Source: Thermoanaerobaculia bacterium
GTDB lineage: Bacteria; Acidobacteriota; Thermoanaerobaculia; Gp7-AA8
Direction of reading: 5' to 3'
Length of the DNA stretch: 64,000 nucleotides
Assembly: GCA_036375135.1 (NCBI GenBank)
Contig: DASUSL010000091.1
Location: 10,947 to 74,946 of the forward strand
Shown here piece after piece: positions 29,921 through 40,034 of the stretch. Within the stretch, counting starts at the first letter, position 1. Each line of letters begins with the position of its first letter. The position numbers were made by a program, and so were the translations under genes. The notes below the pieces were generated by a model. It had not been told where the DNA came from. It did not search any database and saw only the letters and a program-made list of their open reading frames with translations.

Positions 29921-31251
29921 CGGTTCACCAACGTATGAGCAAAACACTCGTGATCGGCGCCGCAAAATCCGGCGTGGCCGCGGCGAACTGGCTCGCCGCC
30001 CACGATGCCGACGTGCGTCTGACCGACCGCGAGGCCGATCCGGTGCTGCCGTACGAGGTCGATCCACGCGTGGAGCGCGCGTTCGGCGTGCACTCGGCCG
30101 ACGTGCTCGACGGCGTGACGCAGATCGTGCTCAGCCCCGGCGTGCCGATGACCATTCCGCTGTTGCATGAGGCGGCGGCGCGCGGCATCGAGATCATCGG
30201 CGAGATCGAGCTCGCGTTCCGCAATCTGAAGGGGATCGTCATCGCCATCACCGGCTCGAACGGCAAGTCGACGACGACCGCGCTCATCGGCGAGATCCTC
30301 CGCGTGGCCGGACGGCAGCCGATCGTGGCCGGCAACATCGGCGAGCCGCTCATCGCCTCGCTCGACGAGGAGCGCCCGCGCACCTACGTGCTCGAGCTCT
30401 CGTCGTTCCAGCTCGAGGCGGTGGACAGCTTCCGCGCCAACGTGGCCCTGCTGCTGAACATCACCCCCGATCACATGGACCGCTACGCGAACTTCGACGC
30501 CTACGCCGCGGCGAAGTACCGCATCTTCCGCAACCAGGAATCGGGCGACACGGCCATCGTCAATGCCAGCGACCGCCGCGGCGCGTCGCGCGACAGCGTG
30601 GCGCGGCAGTGGCGCTTCTCGGCGACGAAAACGGTCGACACGGGCGCGTGGCTCGACGGCGACGAGCTGGTCACGAACGTCGGCGGCGACGAGCGCCGCA
30701 TCCCGCGCTCGATGCTGAAGCTGCAGGGACAGGCCAACGTCGAGAACGCGCTGGCCGCCTGGCTGGCCGCGCGCGCGGTCGGCGTCGACGACGTCGACGT
30801 ACAGATCGCCTTCGGCACGTTCGCCGGACTGCCGCACCGCATGGTGCTCGTGCGCGAGCTGGACGGCGTCCGCTGGATCAACGACTCCAAAGGCACCAAC
30901 GTCGACGCCACGTTGAAATCGCTGGAAGGCTTCGACGAATCGAGCGTGATCCTCATCCTCGGCGGCAAGGACAAGGCGGGCGAGTTCGAGCGCATGCGCG
31001 ATCTCGTCTCCGCGAAGGCGCGCACGGTCCTGACCATCGGCGCCGCCGCCGAGCGCATCGCCGAAGGATTGAACGGCGCCAGCGAGATCGTCCCCGCCGG
31101 CGACATGCAGCGCGCCGTCGAATGGGCGCGCGCGAACGCAAAGTCCGGCCAGACCGTCCTGCTCTCCCCCGCCTGCGCGAGCTTCGACCAGTACCGCAAC
31201 TTCGAGCATCGCGGCGAGCACTTCGAAGAGCTGGTGAGGGGACTGCGATGA
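29896..31251 (+). CDS. murD: UDP-N-acetylmuramoylalanine--D-glutamate ligase
   Basis: VIGAAKSGVAAANWL Rossmann-like N-terminus and GSNGKSTTTAL P-loop. The ORF begins with TTG 29896; the more likely start is ATG 29935 (MSKTLVIG). Confidence 0.9.
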   Translation: MRLCDFETSVHQRMSKTLVIGAAKSGVAAANWLAAHDADVRLTDREADPVLPYEVDPRVERAFGVHSADVLDGVTQIVLSPGVPMTIPLLHEAAARGIEIIGEIELAFRNLKGIVIAITGSNGKSTTTALIGEILRVAGRQPIVAGNIGEPLIASLDEERPRTYVLELSSFQLEAVDSFRANVALLLNITPDHMDRYANFDAYAAAKYRIFRNQESGDTAIVNASDRRGASRDSVARQWRFSATKTVDTGAWLDGDELVTNVGGDERRIPRSMLKLQGQANVENALAAWLAARAVGVDDVDVQIAFGTFAGLPHRMVLVRELDGVRWINDSKGTNVDATLKSLEGFDESSVILILGGKDKAGEFERMRDLVSAKARTVLTIGAAAERIAEGLNGASEIVPAGDMQRAVEWARANAKSGQTVLLSPACASFDQYRNFEHRGEHFEELVRGLR

Positions 31252-31266
31252 GCCGCGCTGGACGTC

Positions 31267-31351
31267 GAAGTGCTGAGTTCTGGGTGCTGCGTGCTGAGTC
31301 GCTTGCCGCCCACTGCCTCTGCTCAGCACTCAGCACTCAGCACTCAGCACT
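31267..31351. repeat. hairpin of tandem heptamers (GTGCTGA)n / (TCAGCAC)n between murD and ftsW
   Basis: GAAGTGCTGAGTTCTGGGTGCTGCGTGCTGAG ... CTCAGCACTCAGCACTCAGCACTCAGCACTTC, 22 nt before the ftsW ATG (GGAGG RBS between them). Confidence 0.85.
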
Positions 31352-31372
31352 TCGCCATGCTGGAGGCGCTCG

Positions 31373-32467
31373 ATGAGCAGGAAATTGTCCTTCGACTCCT
31401 GGCTCTTCGCCACCGCCACGATCATCGTCGTGGTGGGGATGGTCATGATCTACAGCGCCTCGGCCATGATCGCCACGCAGCGCTTCGGTCACGGGCCGTA
31501 CTACTTCCTCACGCGCCAGGGCGTCTTCCTGCTCGCCGGCGCGCTGGCGATGCTCTTCCTCATGCACGTCAATCCCGCGTTCCTGCAGGACCGGCGAGTG
31601 CAGTACGGCGCGCTCGGCCTCGTCGCGCTGGGTTTGATCGTGGCGCTCTTCCAGTCACCGATCAACGGCACGCATCGCTGGATCGACTTGCCGTATTTCA
31701 ACCTGCAGCCGTCGGAGTTCGCGAAGCCGGCCATGATTCTCTTCCTGGCGTCGTTCCTGGCGCGGCGGGAAGAGCGGATCAACGACATGACCGGCACGCT
31801 GCTGCCGGTCGGCTTCATCCTGGCGCTCTTCGCCGGACTGATTCTCCTCGGCCGCGACTTCGGCACGGCCACGACGCTGGTCCTCGTGGCCAGCGCCATG
31901 ATCTTCGCCGCCGGCATCTCGTGGCATTACATCGCCGGCCTCTCTCTGGGACTCATTCCGGCGATCGGCTACTTCGCCGGCAGCGCCGCGTACCGGCGCG
32001 AGCGGCTGCTGACGTTTCTGAATCCCGAGGCCGATCCGCTGGGCAAAGGGTTCCAGCCGATGCAGTCGCTGATCGCGCTGGGGACGGGCGGCTTCGAGGG
32101 ACTGGGGATCGGCAACGGGAGGCAGAAGCTCTTCTTCCTCCCCGAGCCGCACACTGATTTCATCTTCTCGATCATCGGCGAGGAGCTCGGCTTTCTCGGC
32201 GCCGTGCTGCTGCTGGCGGCGTTCGCGCTGCTGGCGTGGCGCGGCTTCCGGATCGCCCGCTACAGCCACAGCCGCTTCGCGTTCTACGCGGCGCTCGGCT
32301 GCACGCTGATGATCGTCATCCAGGCGCTGATCAACGTCAGCGTGGCGTTGTGTCTCCTGCCGACGAAAGGGATTCCGCTGCCGCTGGTGAGCTACGGCGG
32401 ATCGTCATTGATCGTCAGCCTCATCGCGGTGGGGCTGCTGCTGAATTTCTCCCAGCAATCGGGCTGA
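31373..32467 (+). CDS. ftsW: SEDS-family peptidoglycan glycosyltransferase FtsW
   Basis: Ten-TM SEDS protein (IYSASAM...; LPEPHTDFIFS; PLPLVSYGGSS) in the dcw cluster between murD and murG. Confidence 0.9.
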   Translation: MSRKLSFDSWLFATATIIVVVGMVMIYSASAMIATQRFGHGPYYFLTRQGVFLLAGALAMLFLMHVNPAFLQDRRVQYGALGLVALGLIVALFQSPINGTHRWIDLPYFNLQPSEFAKPAMILFLASFLARREERINDMTGTLLPVGFILALFAGLILLGRDFGTATTLVLVASAMIFAAGISWHYIAGLSLGLIPAIGYFAGSAAYRRERLLTFLNPEADPLGKGFQPMQSLIALGTGGFEGLGIGNGRQKLFFLPEPHTDFIFSIIGEELGFLGAVLLLAAFALLAWRGFRIARYSHSRFAFYAALGCTLMIVIQALINVSVALCLLPTKGIPLPLVSYGGSSLIVSLIAVGLLLNFSQQSG

Positions 32468-32487
32468 ATCGAAAAAACGAGGGCGTG

Positions 32488-33603
32488 ATGGGCGTGACGG
32501 GCGTGTTGATGGTTGCAGGCGGTGGGACGGGAGGCCACATCTATCCCGCCATCGCCATCGCACGGGAGTATCTCGCGCGCGATGCCGCGCGCAGCGTCGT
32601 CTTCGTCGGCACCGAGCGCGGTCTCGAAAAGACCATCGTGCCGAAGGCCGGCTTCCCCCTCGAGTTCATCGACGTCGGCGGCCTCAAAGGCAAAGGCGGC
32701 CTCGATCTCGTCAAGAACATTTTCCGGGTGCCGAAAGGCTTCATCCAGGCCTGGAAGCTGATCGGCAAGCACCGGCCGAGCGTGGTCCTCGGCGTCGGCG
32801 GCTACTCCTCGGGACCGGTGCTGCTCGCCGCCAGAATGCGCGGCGTTCCCACCATCGTCCACGAAGCGAACGCCTTCCCCGGTCTCGCCAACAGAAGCCT
32901 CGCCAAATTCGTCACCACCGTGGCCGTGGCCTTCGCGGAAGCCGGCCCGCGCATGAAGCGCAAAGACGCGGTGGTGACGGGCAACCCGATCCGAGCGGAG
33001 TTCTTCGAAGTGGGGGACAGGCGATCCCGCCTGTCCGGACAGGCAGGATCGCCTGTCCTCCACCGGCTGGTCCTCTTCGGCGGGTCGCAGGGCTCGCGCA
33101 TCCTCAACGACACCATGACCGGCGCGCTGCTGTTCCTGGCCCGTCACAAGGAGACGCTGGAGATCGTTCACCAGACCGGGCCGAACGAGCTGGAAAAAGT
33201 GCAGGCCGCGTATCGCACCTCCGCGTTCGCGGACACGGCGCGCGTCGTCCCGTATCTCGACCCCATCGTCGACGAGATCGCATCGGCCGACGTCGTGGTC
33301 TGCCGCGCCGGCGCCATGACCATCGGCGAGCTCGCGGCCATCGGGCGGGGCGCGATCCTCGTCCCCTTCGCCGCGGCCACGAACAACCACCAGGAATTGA
33401 ATGCGCGCGTCGTGGAGCGTGCCGGCGGGGCGGTGGTCATTACCGAAAAAGAGCTGTCGCCGGAGCGGCTGGCCGGCGCGATCAACGAAGTGCTGGCCGA
33501 TCCGCAGCGGGCCGCGCGCATGGGCGCGGCGGCGAAAACGCTGGCCATGCCTCAGGCAACGAAAACCATCGTCGATTTAATCGAGCGTATTCAGAGAATC
33601 TAA
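32488..33603 (+). CDS. murG: undecaprenyldiphospho-muramoylpentapeptide beta-N-acetylglucosaminyltransferase
   Basis: MVAGGGTGGHIYPAIAIA N-terminus and GT-B C-terminal domain with GAMTIGELAA. Contains an in-frame F1 double palindrome (DRRSRLSGQAGSPVLH) between the two domains. An alternative ATG lies at 32509. Confidence 0.9.
   Translation: MGVTGVLMVAGGGTGGHIYPAIAIAREYLARDAARSVVFVGTERGLEKTIVPKAGFPLEFIDVGGLKGKGGLDLVKNIFRVPKGFIQAWKLIGKHRPSVVLGVGGYSSGPVLLAARMRGVPTIVHEANAFPGLANRSLAKFVTTVAVAFAEAGPRMKRKDAVVTGNPIRAEFFEVGDRRSRLSGQAGSPVLHRLVLFGGSQGSRILNDTMTGALLFLARHKETLEIVHQTGPNELEKVQAAYRTSAFADTARVVPYLDPIVDEIASADVVVCRAGAMTIGELAAIGRGAILVPFAAATNNHQELNARVVERAGGAVVITEKELSPERLAGAINEVLADPQRAARMGAAAKTLAMPQATKTIVDLIERIQRI
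33010..33063. repeat. tandem double copy of the F1 palindromic element inside murG
   Basis: GTGGGGGACAGGCGATCCCGCCTGTCC GGACAGGCAGGATCGCCTGTCCTCCAC. Confidence 0.85.
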
Positions 33604-33657
33604 TTGCTTCCGTCCATTCATAAACTTAAAATTTCACATTAAGACGCCAACTCCGTA

Positions 33658-34998
33658 ATGAATTTCGGTGACATTAAAAACATTCATTTCGTCGGCATCG
33701 GCGGAATCGGAATGAGCGGTATCGCGGAGATCCTCGCGGACTCCGGCGTCTCGGTGTCGGGTTGCGACGCCCGCTCCTCCGTGGCCACCGACCTGCTCAC
33801 GCGCCGTGGCGTCCGTGTGTCCATCGGCCATGACCCCGCGCATCTCGACGGCGTGGAGATGGTGATCGTCACCGCGGCCGTCAAGGGCGAGCACGCGGAG
33901 CTCGACGAAGCGCGCCGCCGCGGCATCCGCATCATGAAGCGCGCCGAGGCGCTCGGCGCCATCACCGACCCGAAACGCACCATCGGCGTGTCGGGCACGC
34001 ACGGCAAGACCACCACCTCGGCCATGATCGCGGTCGTCCTCGAAGAGGCCGGCCTCGACCCCACGGTGCTCGTCGGCGGCATGGTCCAGAACCTCCAGAC
34101 CAACGCCAAGAACGGCCGCGGCGACTTGGTCGTCGTCGAGGCCGACGAGTACGCGCGCACCTTCCACCACCTCCACCCCGAGGTGGCCGTGGTCACGAAC
34201 GTGGAGGCGGATCACCTCGAGTACTACGGCTCGTTCGAGAACATCCAGGAAGCGTTCCGGATCTTCCTCGGCAACGTGAAGCCCGGCGGCGTCGTGATCG
34301 GCTGCGTGGATGACCCGAACGTCGGGCCGCTGCTGCCGGAAGGTGCGGTCCGTTATGGCTTGTCCGAGTCCGCCGATCTTCGCGCCGTGAACCTCGAGTT
34401 CCACGAGCGCGGCACGCGCTTCGAAGTCCCGGGCGTCGGACACTTCAAGCTCTTCGTGCCGGGCGAGCACAACGTGCGCAACGCGCTGGCGGCCATCGGC
34501 GTGGCGCGCCACCTCGGCGTCGACGCCGAACAGATCGCGAAGGGCCTGGCCAAGTTCCTCGGCGTCGACCGCCGCTTCCAGATCCTGGGCGACTACCTCG
34601 GCGCGATCGTCGTCGACGACTACGCGCACCACCCGACCGAGATCCGCGCCACGCTGCAGGCCGCTCGCGCCGGCTATCCCGGCCGCCGCATCGTGGCGCT
34701 CTTCCAGCCGCACCTCTTCTCGCGCACGCGCGACTTCGCCATGGAGTTCGGCGAGTCGCTGCGCGGCGCCGACGTCCCCATCGTCACGCCCATCTACGCC
34801 GCGCGCGAGCACCCGGTCGACGGACTCTCCGCGCGCATCATCTCCGACTCCGTTCCGGGCATCGAGTTCCTCGACCGCAGCAACTCCGAGATCGTGAACG
34901 AGATGCGCCGCCGCCTCGGCCCGCAGGACCTCTTCATCGTCATGGGCGCGGGCGACGTGCACGAGATCGCCGAGCAGCTCGTGCGGGGGGAGGCATGA
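33658..34998 (+). CDS. murC: UDP-N-acetylmuramate--L-alanine ligase
   Basis: HFVGIGGIGMSGIAEIL and GTHGKTTTSAM motifs; Mur ligase domains. Confidence 0.92.
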   Translation: MNFGDIKNIHFVGIGGIGMSGIAEILADSGVSVSGCDARSSVATDLLTRRGVRVSIGHDPAHLDGVEMVIVTAAVKGEHAELDEARRRGIRIMKRAEALGAITDPKRTIGVSGTHGKTTTSAMIAVVLEEAGLDPTVLVGGMVQNLQTNAKNGRGDLVVVEADEYARTFHHLHPEVAVVTNVEADHLEYYGSFENIQEAFRIFLGNVKPGGVVIGCVDDPNVGPLLPEGAVRYGLSESADLRAVNLEFHERGTRFEVPGVGHFKLFVPGEHNVRNALAAIGVARHLGVDAEQIAKGLAKFLGVDRRFQILGDYLGAIVVDDYAHHPTEIRATLQAARAGYPGRRIVALFQPHLFSRTRDFAMEFGESLRGADVPIVTPIYAAREHPVDGLSARIISDSVPGIEFLDRSNSEIVNEMRRRLGPQDLFIVMGAGDVHEIAEQLVRGEA

Positions 34999-35140
34999 GA
35001 ACGCACCTCCAGGCGGACCGCCGGCGTCCTCGCCGGCTGCCGCGCAGGCGTCCCGCGCCTGCGCTCCCGGGCGGGCGGCGGGACGCCGCCCTGGCAGCCG
35101 CCGGGACGGCGGCCGTCCGCAGAACCGAAAGGGGGGAGGC

Positions 35141-35941
35141 ATGAACCTCGACACCACCGCCTCCCGCTTCCTCCGCCCGACCGACCTGCAGCGGCTGCGC
35201 CGCAACCAGCGCCGCGTGCAGGTGCAGCGGCTGCTGGTGTGGATGCGCAACGGAGGCCTCGTGGCGGCGCTGATCGTCGGCGGGGTGTGGGCGTGGCGGC
35301 ACACGCAGTCCGACCCGAGCTTCGCCGTGCGCACGATCGAGATCGACGGCGCGGTGCACACGCCGCGCGCCGCGCTGCTGAAGGCGACCGAGCCGTACAA
35401 GGGACTGAATCTCTTCCAGATCGACATCGCCCGCGTGCAGCACGACCTGCGCGACCTCGGCTGGGTACGCCTCATCGACATCGAGAAGAAGCTCCCCGAC
35501 ACGCTGCGCATCAAGATCACCGAGCGCCAGCCGGTGGCGCTCGCGCGGGTGAAGGAACAGCTCCTGTACGTCGACGCCGAGGGCGTCGCGTTCGCGGAGC
35601 TGTCGCCGCGAGTGGGCGATCAGGACCTGCCGCTCATCGCCGACGCCGAAGGAGCGGAGCTGGCGCGCAGCGTGGCCTTCCTGGTCGCGCTGCGGAAGAG
35701 CGATCGCGAGCTGTACGCGCGGGTGTCCGAGGTGTGGCCGATCGCGCCGAGGGGCTTTGCGTTGTACGACCGGGAGCTGGGTGCCGTCGTCTACGCCAAT
35801 GCGGAAGACGTCTCCGCCAAATACCGCAACCTGCGCGCCGTCCTCGGCGCGGAGAGCAACCCGAAAATCGAATACGCGGACTTGAGGTTCGCGGACCGAG
35901 TCATTGTGAAAACGCTGGAGACCACACATGTCGCGAACTGA
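35141..35941 (+). CDS. ftsQ: cell division protein FtsQ/DivIB
   Basis: N-terminal TM helix and POTRA domain (VRTIEIDG); positioned before ftsA. Confidence 0.8.
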   Translation: MNLDTTASRFLRPTDLQRLRRNQRRVQVQRLLVWMRNGGLVAALIVGGVWAWRHTQSDPSFAVRTIEIDGAVHTPRAALLKATEPYKGLNLFQIDIARVQHDLRDLGWVRLIDIEKKLPDTLRIKITERQPVALARVKEQLLYVDAEGVAFAELSPRVGDQDLPLIADAEGAELARSVAFLVALRKSDRELYARVSEVWPIAPRGFALYDRELGAVVYANAEDVSAKYRNLRAVLGAESNPKIEYADLRFADRVIVKTLETTHVAN

Positions 35942-37157
35942 AGACAAGTACATCGTGGCCCTCGACATCGGCACCTCGAAAGTGTGCGCGCTGGTCGGTG
36001 AGATCGGCGACCGCGGACAGCTCGAGATCATCGGCAAGGGCACCTCGCCGATGAAGGGCACGCGTCGCGGCAACATCATCAACCTCGACCAGGCCGTCGA
36101 GGCGGTGAAGAAAGCCGTGGACGAGTGCGAGGTGATGGCCGGGCTGCAGATCGAGTCGGCCTACGTCGGCGTGGCGGGCGATCACATCCGCTCCGTCAAC
36201 TCGCGCGGCGTGGTCTCGGTCATGGGCAAGCACAAGGAGATCGCCCGCGAGGACATCGATCGCGTGATCGAGGCCTCCAAGTCGATCAACATCCCCTCCG
36301 AGCTCGAGCTGCTGCACGTCATCCCGCGCGAGTTCGTCGTCGACGGACAGGACGGCATTCACGATCCGCTGGGGATGACCGCCACGCGCCTCGAGGCCAA
36401 CGTGCACATCGTCACCGGCGCGCGCACGCACAACCAGAACGTGCTCACGTGCGTGAACAAGGCCGGCATCGCGGTGCAGGAGCTCGTGCTCGAGCAGCTT
36501 GCCGCGGCCGAAGCCGTGCTCACGCAGGACGAGCGCGAGATGGGCGTGCTGCTGATGGACCTCGGCGGCGGGACCACCGATTACGCGGTCTTCCTCGAAG
36601 GGAACGTCATCCACACCAACGTGCTCCCGGTCGGCGCGGGCCACTTCACCAGCGACATCTCGGTCGTGCTGCGCACGCCGATGGAAGACGCGGAGCGGAT
36701 CAAGAAGCGCTACGGCTGCGCGCTGGCGTCGCTGGTCATGGAAGACGATCCGATCGAAGTGCCGACGGTGGGCGGCCGCGCGCCGAAGATCCTCAGCCGG
36801 CAGGAGCTGACCGGGATCCTCGAGCCGCGCGCGGCGGAGATCGCGAAGCTCGTCTACCGCGACCTGGAGAAGGTCGGGCTGGACAAGGAGATCCGCTCCG
36901 GCGTGGTCGTCGTCGGCGGCGGCGCGGAGATGGACGGCATCGTGGAGATGGTCGAGCAGGTCTTCGACCAGCAGGCGCGCAAGGGCGTGCCGCGCGGCGT
37001 CGGCGGACTGGCGGACACGGTGAGCGGGCCGGAGTGGGCGGCGGCCAGCGGCCTGCTGCTGTGGGGACTGCGCGACCAGACCCGGGTGCGCAAGCGCCCG
37101 CGCAAGGGTCTGGCGAAGGTCGCCGACTCGTTCAAGCAATGGTTCGCCTGGAATTGA
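35928..37157 (+). CDS. ftsA: cell division protein FtsA
   Basis: Actin-fold: IVALDIGTSKVCALVGE, DLGGGTTD. Confidence 0.95.
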   Translation: MSRTEDKYIVALDIGTSKVCALVGEIGDRGQLEIIGKGTSPMKGTRRGNIINLDQAVEAVKKAVDECEVMAGLQIESAYVGVAGDHIRSVNSRGVVSVMGKHKEIAREDIDRVIEASKSINIPSELELLHVIPREFVVDGQDGIHDPLGMTATRLEANVHIVTGARTHNQNVLTCVNKAGIAVQELVLEQLAAAEAVLTQDEREMGVLLMDLGGGTTDYAVFLEGNVIHTNVLPVGAGHFTSDISVVLRTPMEDAERIKKRYGCALASLVMEDDPIEVPTVGGRAPKILSRQELTGILEPRAAEIAKLVYRDLEKVGLDKEIRSGVVVVGGGAEMDGIVEMVEQVFDQQARKGVPRGVGGLADTVSGPEWAAASGLLLWGLRDQTRVRKRPRKGLAKVADSFKQWFAWN

Positions 37158-37244
37158 TATTCAAAGCACCCCTCGACGGGGTGAGACACAAGAAATTTGA
37201 TTGAAATTGCACATCGAAACTTCTAACATCCGGAGAACGGTTAA

Positions 37245-38546
37245 ATGATCACGTTTGACGAGAGGCCTGGCGACGGAGCGCTCGCAGTCACCCTGGACGA
37301 AGAGCTGCATCTCGGCGCGAAAATCAAGGTCATCGGCGTGGGCGGGGGCGGAGGGAATGCCGTCAACCGGATGATCCAGGCCGGCATCAAGGGCGTCGAG
37401 TTCCTCGTCGCCAACACCGACCTGCAGGCCATGCGCAACTCGCTGGCCCCCACCAAGCTGCAGATCGGCGGCAAGCTCACCAAAGGCCTCGGCGCGGGCG
37501 CGAATCCCGAAGTCGGCAAGCAGGCCGCGCTCGAAGACACCGACCGCATCCTGGAAGCGCTCAGCGGCGCGGACATGATCTTCATCACCACCGGCATGGG
37601 CGGCGGCACCGGCACCGGTGCGGCGCCGATCATCGCCTCGCTGGCGGCCGAGCTGGGCGCGCTCACCGTGGCCGTCGTCACCAAGCCGTTCGGCTTCGAA
37701 GGGAAGCGGCGGCGCGTGCAGGCGGAGCACGGCATCCGCGCGCTGCGCGACACGGTCGACACGCTGATCACGATCCCGAACGAGCGGCTGCTGAACTTCG
37801 TCGAGCGCGGTACGTCGCTCAACGAGGCCTTCAAGATCGCCGACGACATCCTGCGCCAGGCGGTGCAGGGCATCTCCGACCTCATCACCGTCCCGGGCGA
37901 GATCAACCTCGACTTCGCGGACGTGAAGACGATCATGCACGGCATGGGCATGGCTCTCATGGGCACGGGCGTCTCGCAGGGCGAGCATCGCGCCGTCGAG
38001 GCCGCGCAGCGCGCGATCTCGTCCCCGCTGCTCGAGGAGGCGTCGATCGAGGGTGCCAAGGGCGTCCTGATCAACATCACCGGCGGCCCCGACATGACCC
38101 TCTTCGAAGTGCACGAGGCGGCGTCGGTCATCCAGTCGGCCGCCGACGACGAGGCGAACATCATCTTCGGCACGGTCATCGATCCGCGCATGAAGGACGA
38201 AGTGAAGGTGACGGTCATCGCCACCGGCTTCGACACGGCCACCAAGGGATTGCTCAACAGCCGCGGCGAGTCGCTGTCGCAGACGTCGTCGTCGCGCAAC
38301 ACGCAGGAGCGTCCGGCGCCCGCGCCGTACCGCCCCTTCGCACCGCCCAAGGAAAAAGAGATCGCCGCGCAGCATGAAGAGCCGGCCCCGCCGCAGGTGG
38401 GGGCGGAGGGCGAGATCTACGATCCCCCGTTTTTTCGAAGAGGCTTCTCCCGCGCCGACGGCACCGGCGGCTTCGGGCCGATGGCGTCGAGCGATTTCGG
38501 CAGTGATCTCGACATTCCGACGGTGATCAGGAACCTGAGTGATTAG
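37245..38546 (+). CDS. ftsZ: cell division GTPase FtsZ
   Basis: [13 protein letters not shown] and tubulin signature GGGTGTG, with a C-terminal variable linker and conserved tail. Confidence 0.97.
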   Translation: MITFDERPGDGALAVTLDEELHLGAKIKVIGVGGGGGNAVNRMIQAGIKGVEFLVANTDLQAMRNSLAPTKLQIGGKLTKGLGAGANPEVGKQAALEDTDRILEALSGADMIFITTGMGGGTGTGAAPIIASLAAELGALTVAVVTKPFGFEGKRRRVQAEHGIRALRDTVDTLITIPNERLLNFVERGTSLNEAFKIADDILRQAVQGISDLITVPGEINLDFADVKTIMHGMGMALMGTGVSQGEHRAVEAAQRAISSPLLEEASIEGAKGVLINITGGPDMTLFEVHEAASVIQSAADDEANIIFGTVIDPRMKDEVKVTVIATGFDTATKGLLNSRGESLSQTSSSRNTQERPAPAPYRPFAPPKEKEIAAQHEEPAPPQVGAEGEIYDPPFFRRGFSRADGTGGFGPMASSDFGSDLDIPTVIRNLSD

Positions 38547-38635
38547 TTTCGCCGGGGCGTAGGGCCTCGGCGCGGCGTACCCCTCATGTACGCCACAAGC
38601 GATCCAGGGGAGAGGGCCCCGGGATCACCTGCTCC

Positions 38636-38680
38636 CGCGGGGGCGCGGTTCTTCCGGCCGCGTCCCCGCACTTTTTTTCG
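38636..38680 (+). terminator. Rho-independent terminator after ftsZ
   Basis: GCGGGGGCGCGG ttcttccgg CCGCGTCCCCGC (one G-U pair) followed by ACTTTTTTT. Confidence 0.7.
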
Positions 38681-38855
38681 GCGAGGAGCCGGTAGAGCAC
38701 CACGCCCTTCACCCGGGCCACGACCGCCAGTCCGCGCGTCGCGACGTGGCGAACAGATACGGCGGAGGGTCCGCACCGGCAAATCCTGACAGAGGGGCTT
38801 CGTAAGAAAACCGGCCCTGCCGCCGCGTTTGCTTTAGCATCGCCAGCCGAACTCG

Positions 38856-40034
38856 ATGACGATCCTGCGCCGCTTTCTCTCCAGCAACCTCGCCGTCTTC
38901 CTCTTCGTGGCCGCGGTGCACGGCGTCATGACGCGTGCGAATGCGATCATCGGCGTCGACACGCAGCTCTACATCACGTTGGCCGATCAGGTGCGCGCCG
39001 GCACGTGGAGCGGCGTCTTCGACTCGTCGCGCGTGTTGTGGACGAAGACCATCTACATCGTCCTCCTGGCCGCGGCGCGCGCGATCAGCAGCGTGCACTG
39101 GCCGCTGATCATGGTGGCGGTGAACGTCCTCTGCAGCGCGGCCACGGCGGTGCTGCTCGTGGCGCTGATGCGGCGCGCGACGTCGTCGCTGCCGGCCACG
39201 GCGCTGGCGCTCGCGTTCTACGTCACGGGCTTCGACATCTTCACGTGGGTGCGCTGGGTGCTCACCGACACGATCTACACGCTGGCCGCCCTCGGCGTGT
39301 TCGTGCTGGTGGCGATCCCGGTCCTCGATCCGTCCGCGCCGCGGCGCCATGGCCTCCTCGCCGCCGCGCTGCTGTTCGCGCTCTTCAGCCGGCCGCCGGG
39401 GATGGTGCTGGTCGCGCTGACGGCCGTCGCCGCGCTCTGGTTCTGGCCGCCGCCGCGTCTGCGCCGCGGCCTGCTCGCGACGATGCTGCTGGTGATCGTG
39501 GCCGCGGTCGGGTTCCGCACGTACATCGTCCACGATCCGGGACGCTGGCCGGTGCATCCGCTGCGGCAGAAGATCCACGAGTTCGCGGCGCGCGAGAAAT
39601 CGGGGGAAGTGATCTTCGGCCGGCAGGAGGCGTTCCGCCCGCCGGCGCGGACGGCCGGCGATCACCTGGTCATTCAGGCGGACCGCTTCGCGCGCTTCTT
39701 CCAGTTCACGGCGGCGGGCTACTCGCGCGCGCACAACCTGTACAACGTGCTCTATTTCGTCGCGCTCTATCTGCTCGCGCTGATCGGAGTGGTGCACGGT
39801 TACCGCTCCGCGGATCGCCGCAGGCGGGACCTGGTGCGGCTGACGCTCCTCTGGTTCCTCGCCTTCGCCGTCTATCACGCCATCACGGTGCTCGACTACG
39901 ACTGGCGTTTCCGCACGCCGGTGATGCCGCAGCTGATCGTGCTGGCGGCGCTCGGCGCGGAGGCGCTGCTTCAGCGGGTGACGTGGCGGCGGACGAGCTC
40001 CGCGGCGCGCGTCGCTTTCTCCTCGTCGAAGTAG
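38856..40034 (+). CDS. polytopic membrane protein, possibly a GT-C-fold (ArnT/PMT-like) glycosyltransferase
   Basis: About 10 predicted TM segments; an Arg/aromatic-rich loop follows TM1. The call rests on topology and on context with ArnC-like and ArnB/WecE-like genes; no motif could be confirmed. Confidence 0.4.
   Translation: MTILRRFLSSNLAVFLFVAAVHGVMTRANAIIGVDTQLYITLADQVRAGTWSGVFDSSRVLWTKTIYIVLLAAARAISSVHWPLIMVAVNVLCSAATAVLLVALMRRATSSLPATALALAFYVTGFDIFTWVRWVLTDTIYTLAALGVFVLVAIPVLDPSAPRRHGLLAAALLFALFSRPPGMVLVALTAVAALWFWPPPRLRRGLLATMLLVIVAAVGFRTYIVHDPGRWPVHPLRQKIHEFAAREKSGEVIFGRQEAFRPPARTAGDHLVIQADRFARFFQFTAAGYSRAHNLYNVLYFVALYLLALIGVVHGYRSADRRRRDLVRLTLLWFLAFAVYHAITVLDYDWRFRTPVMPQLIVLAALGAEALLQRVTWRRTSSAARVAFSSSK

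Noticed and set aside
38586-38789. 67-aa ORF between ftsZ and the ArnT-like gene
   Set aside because: It spans the ftsZ terminator hairpin and promoter region and has Arg/Pro-rich artefact composition.
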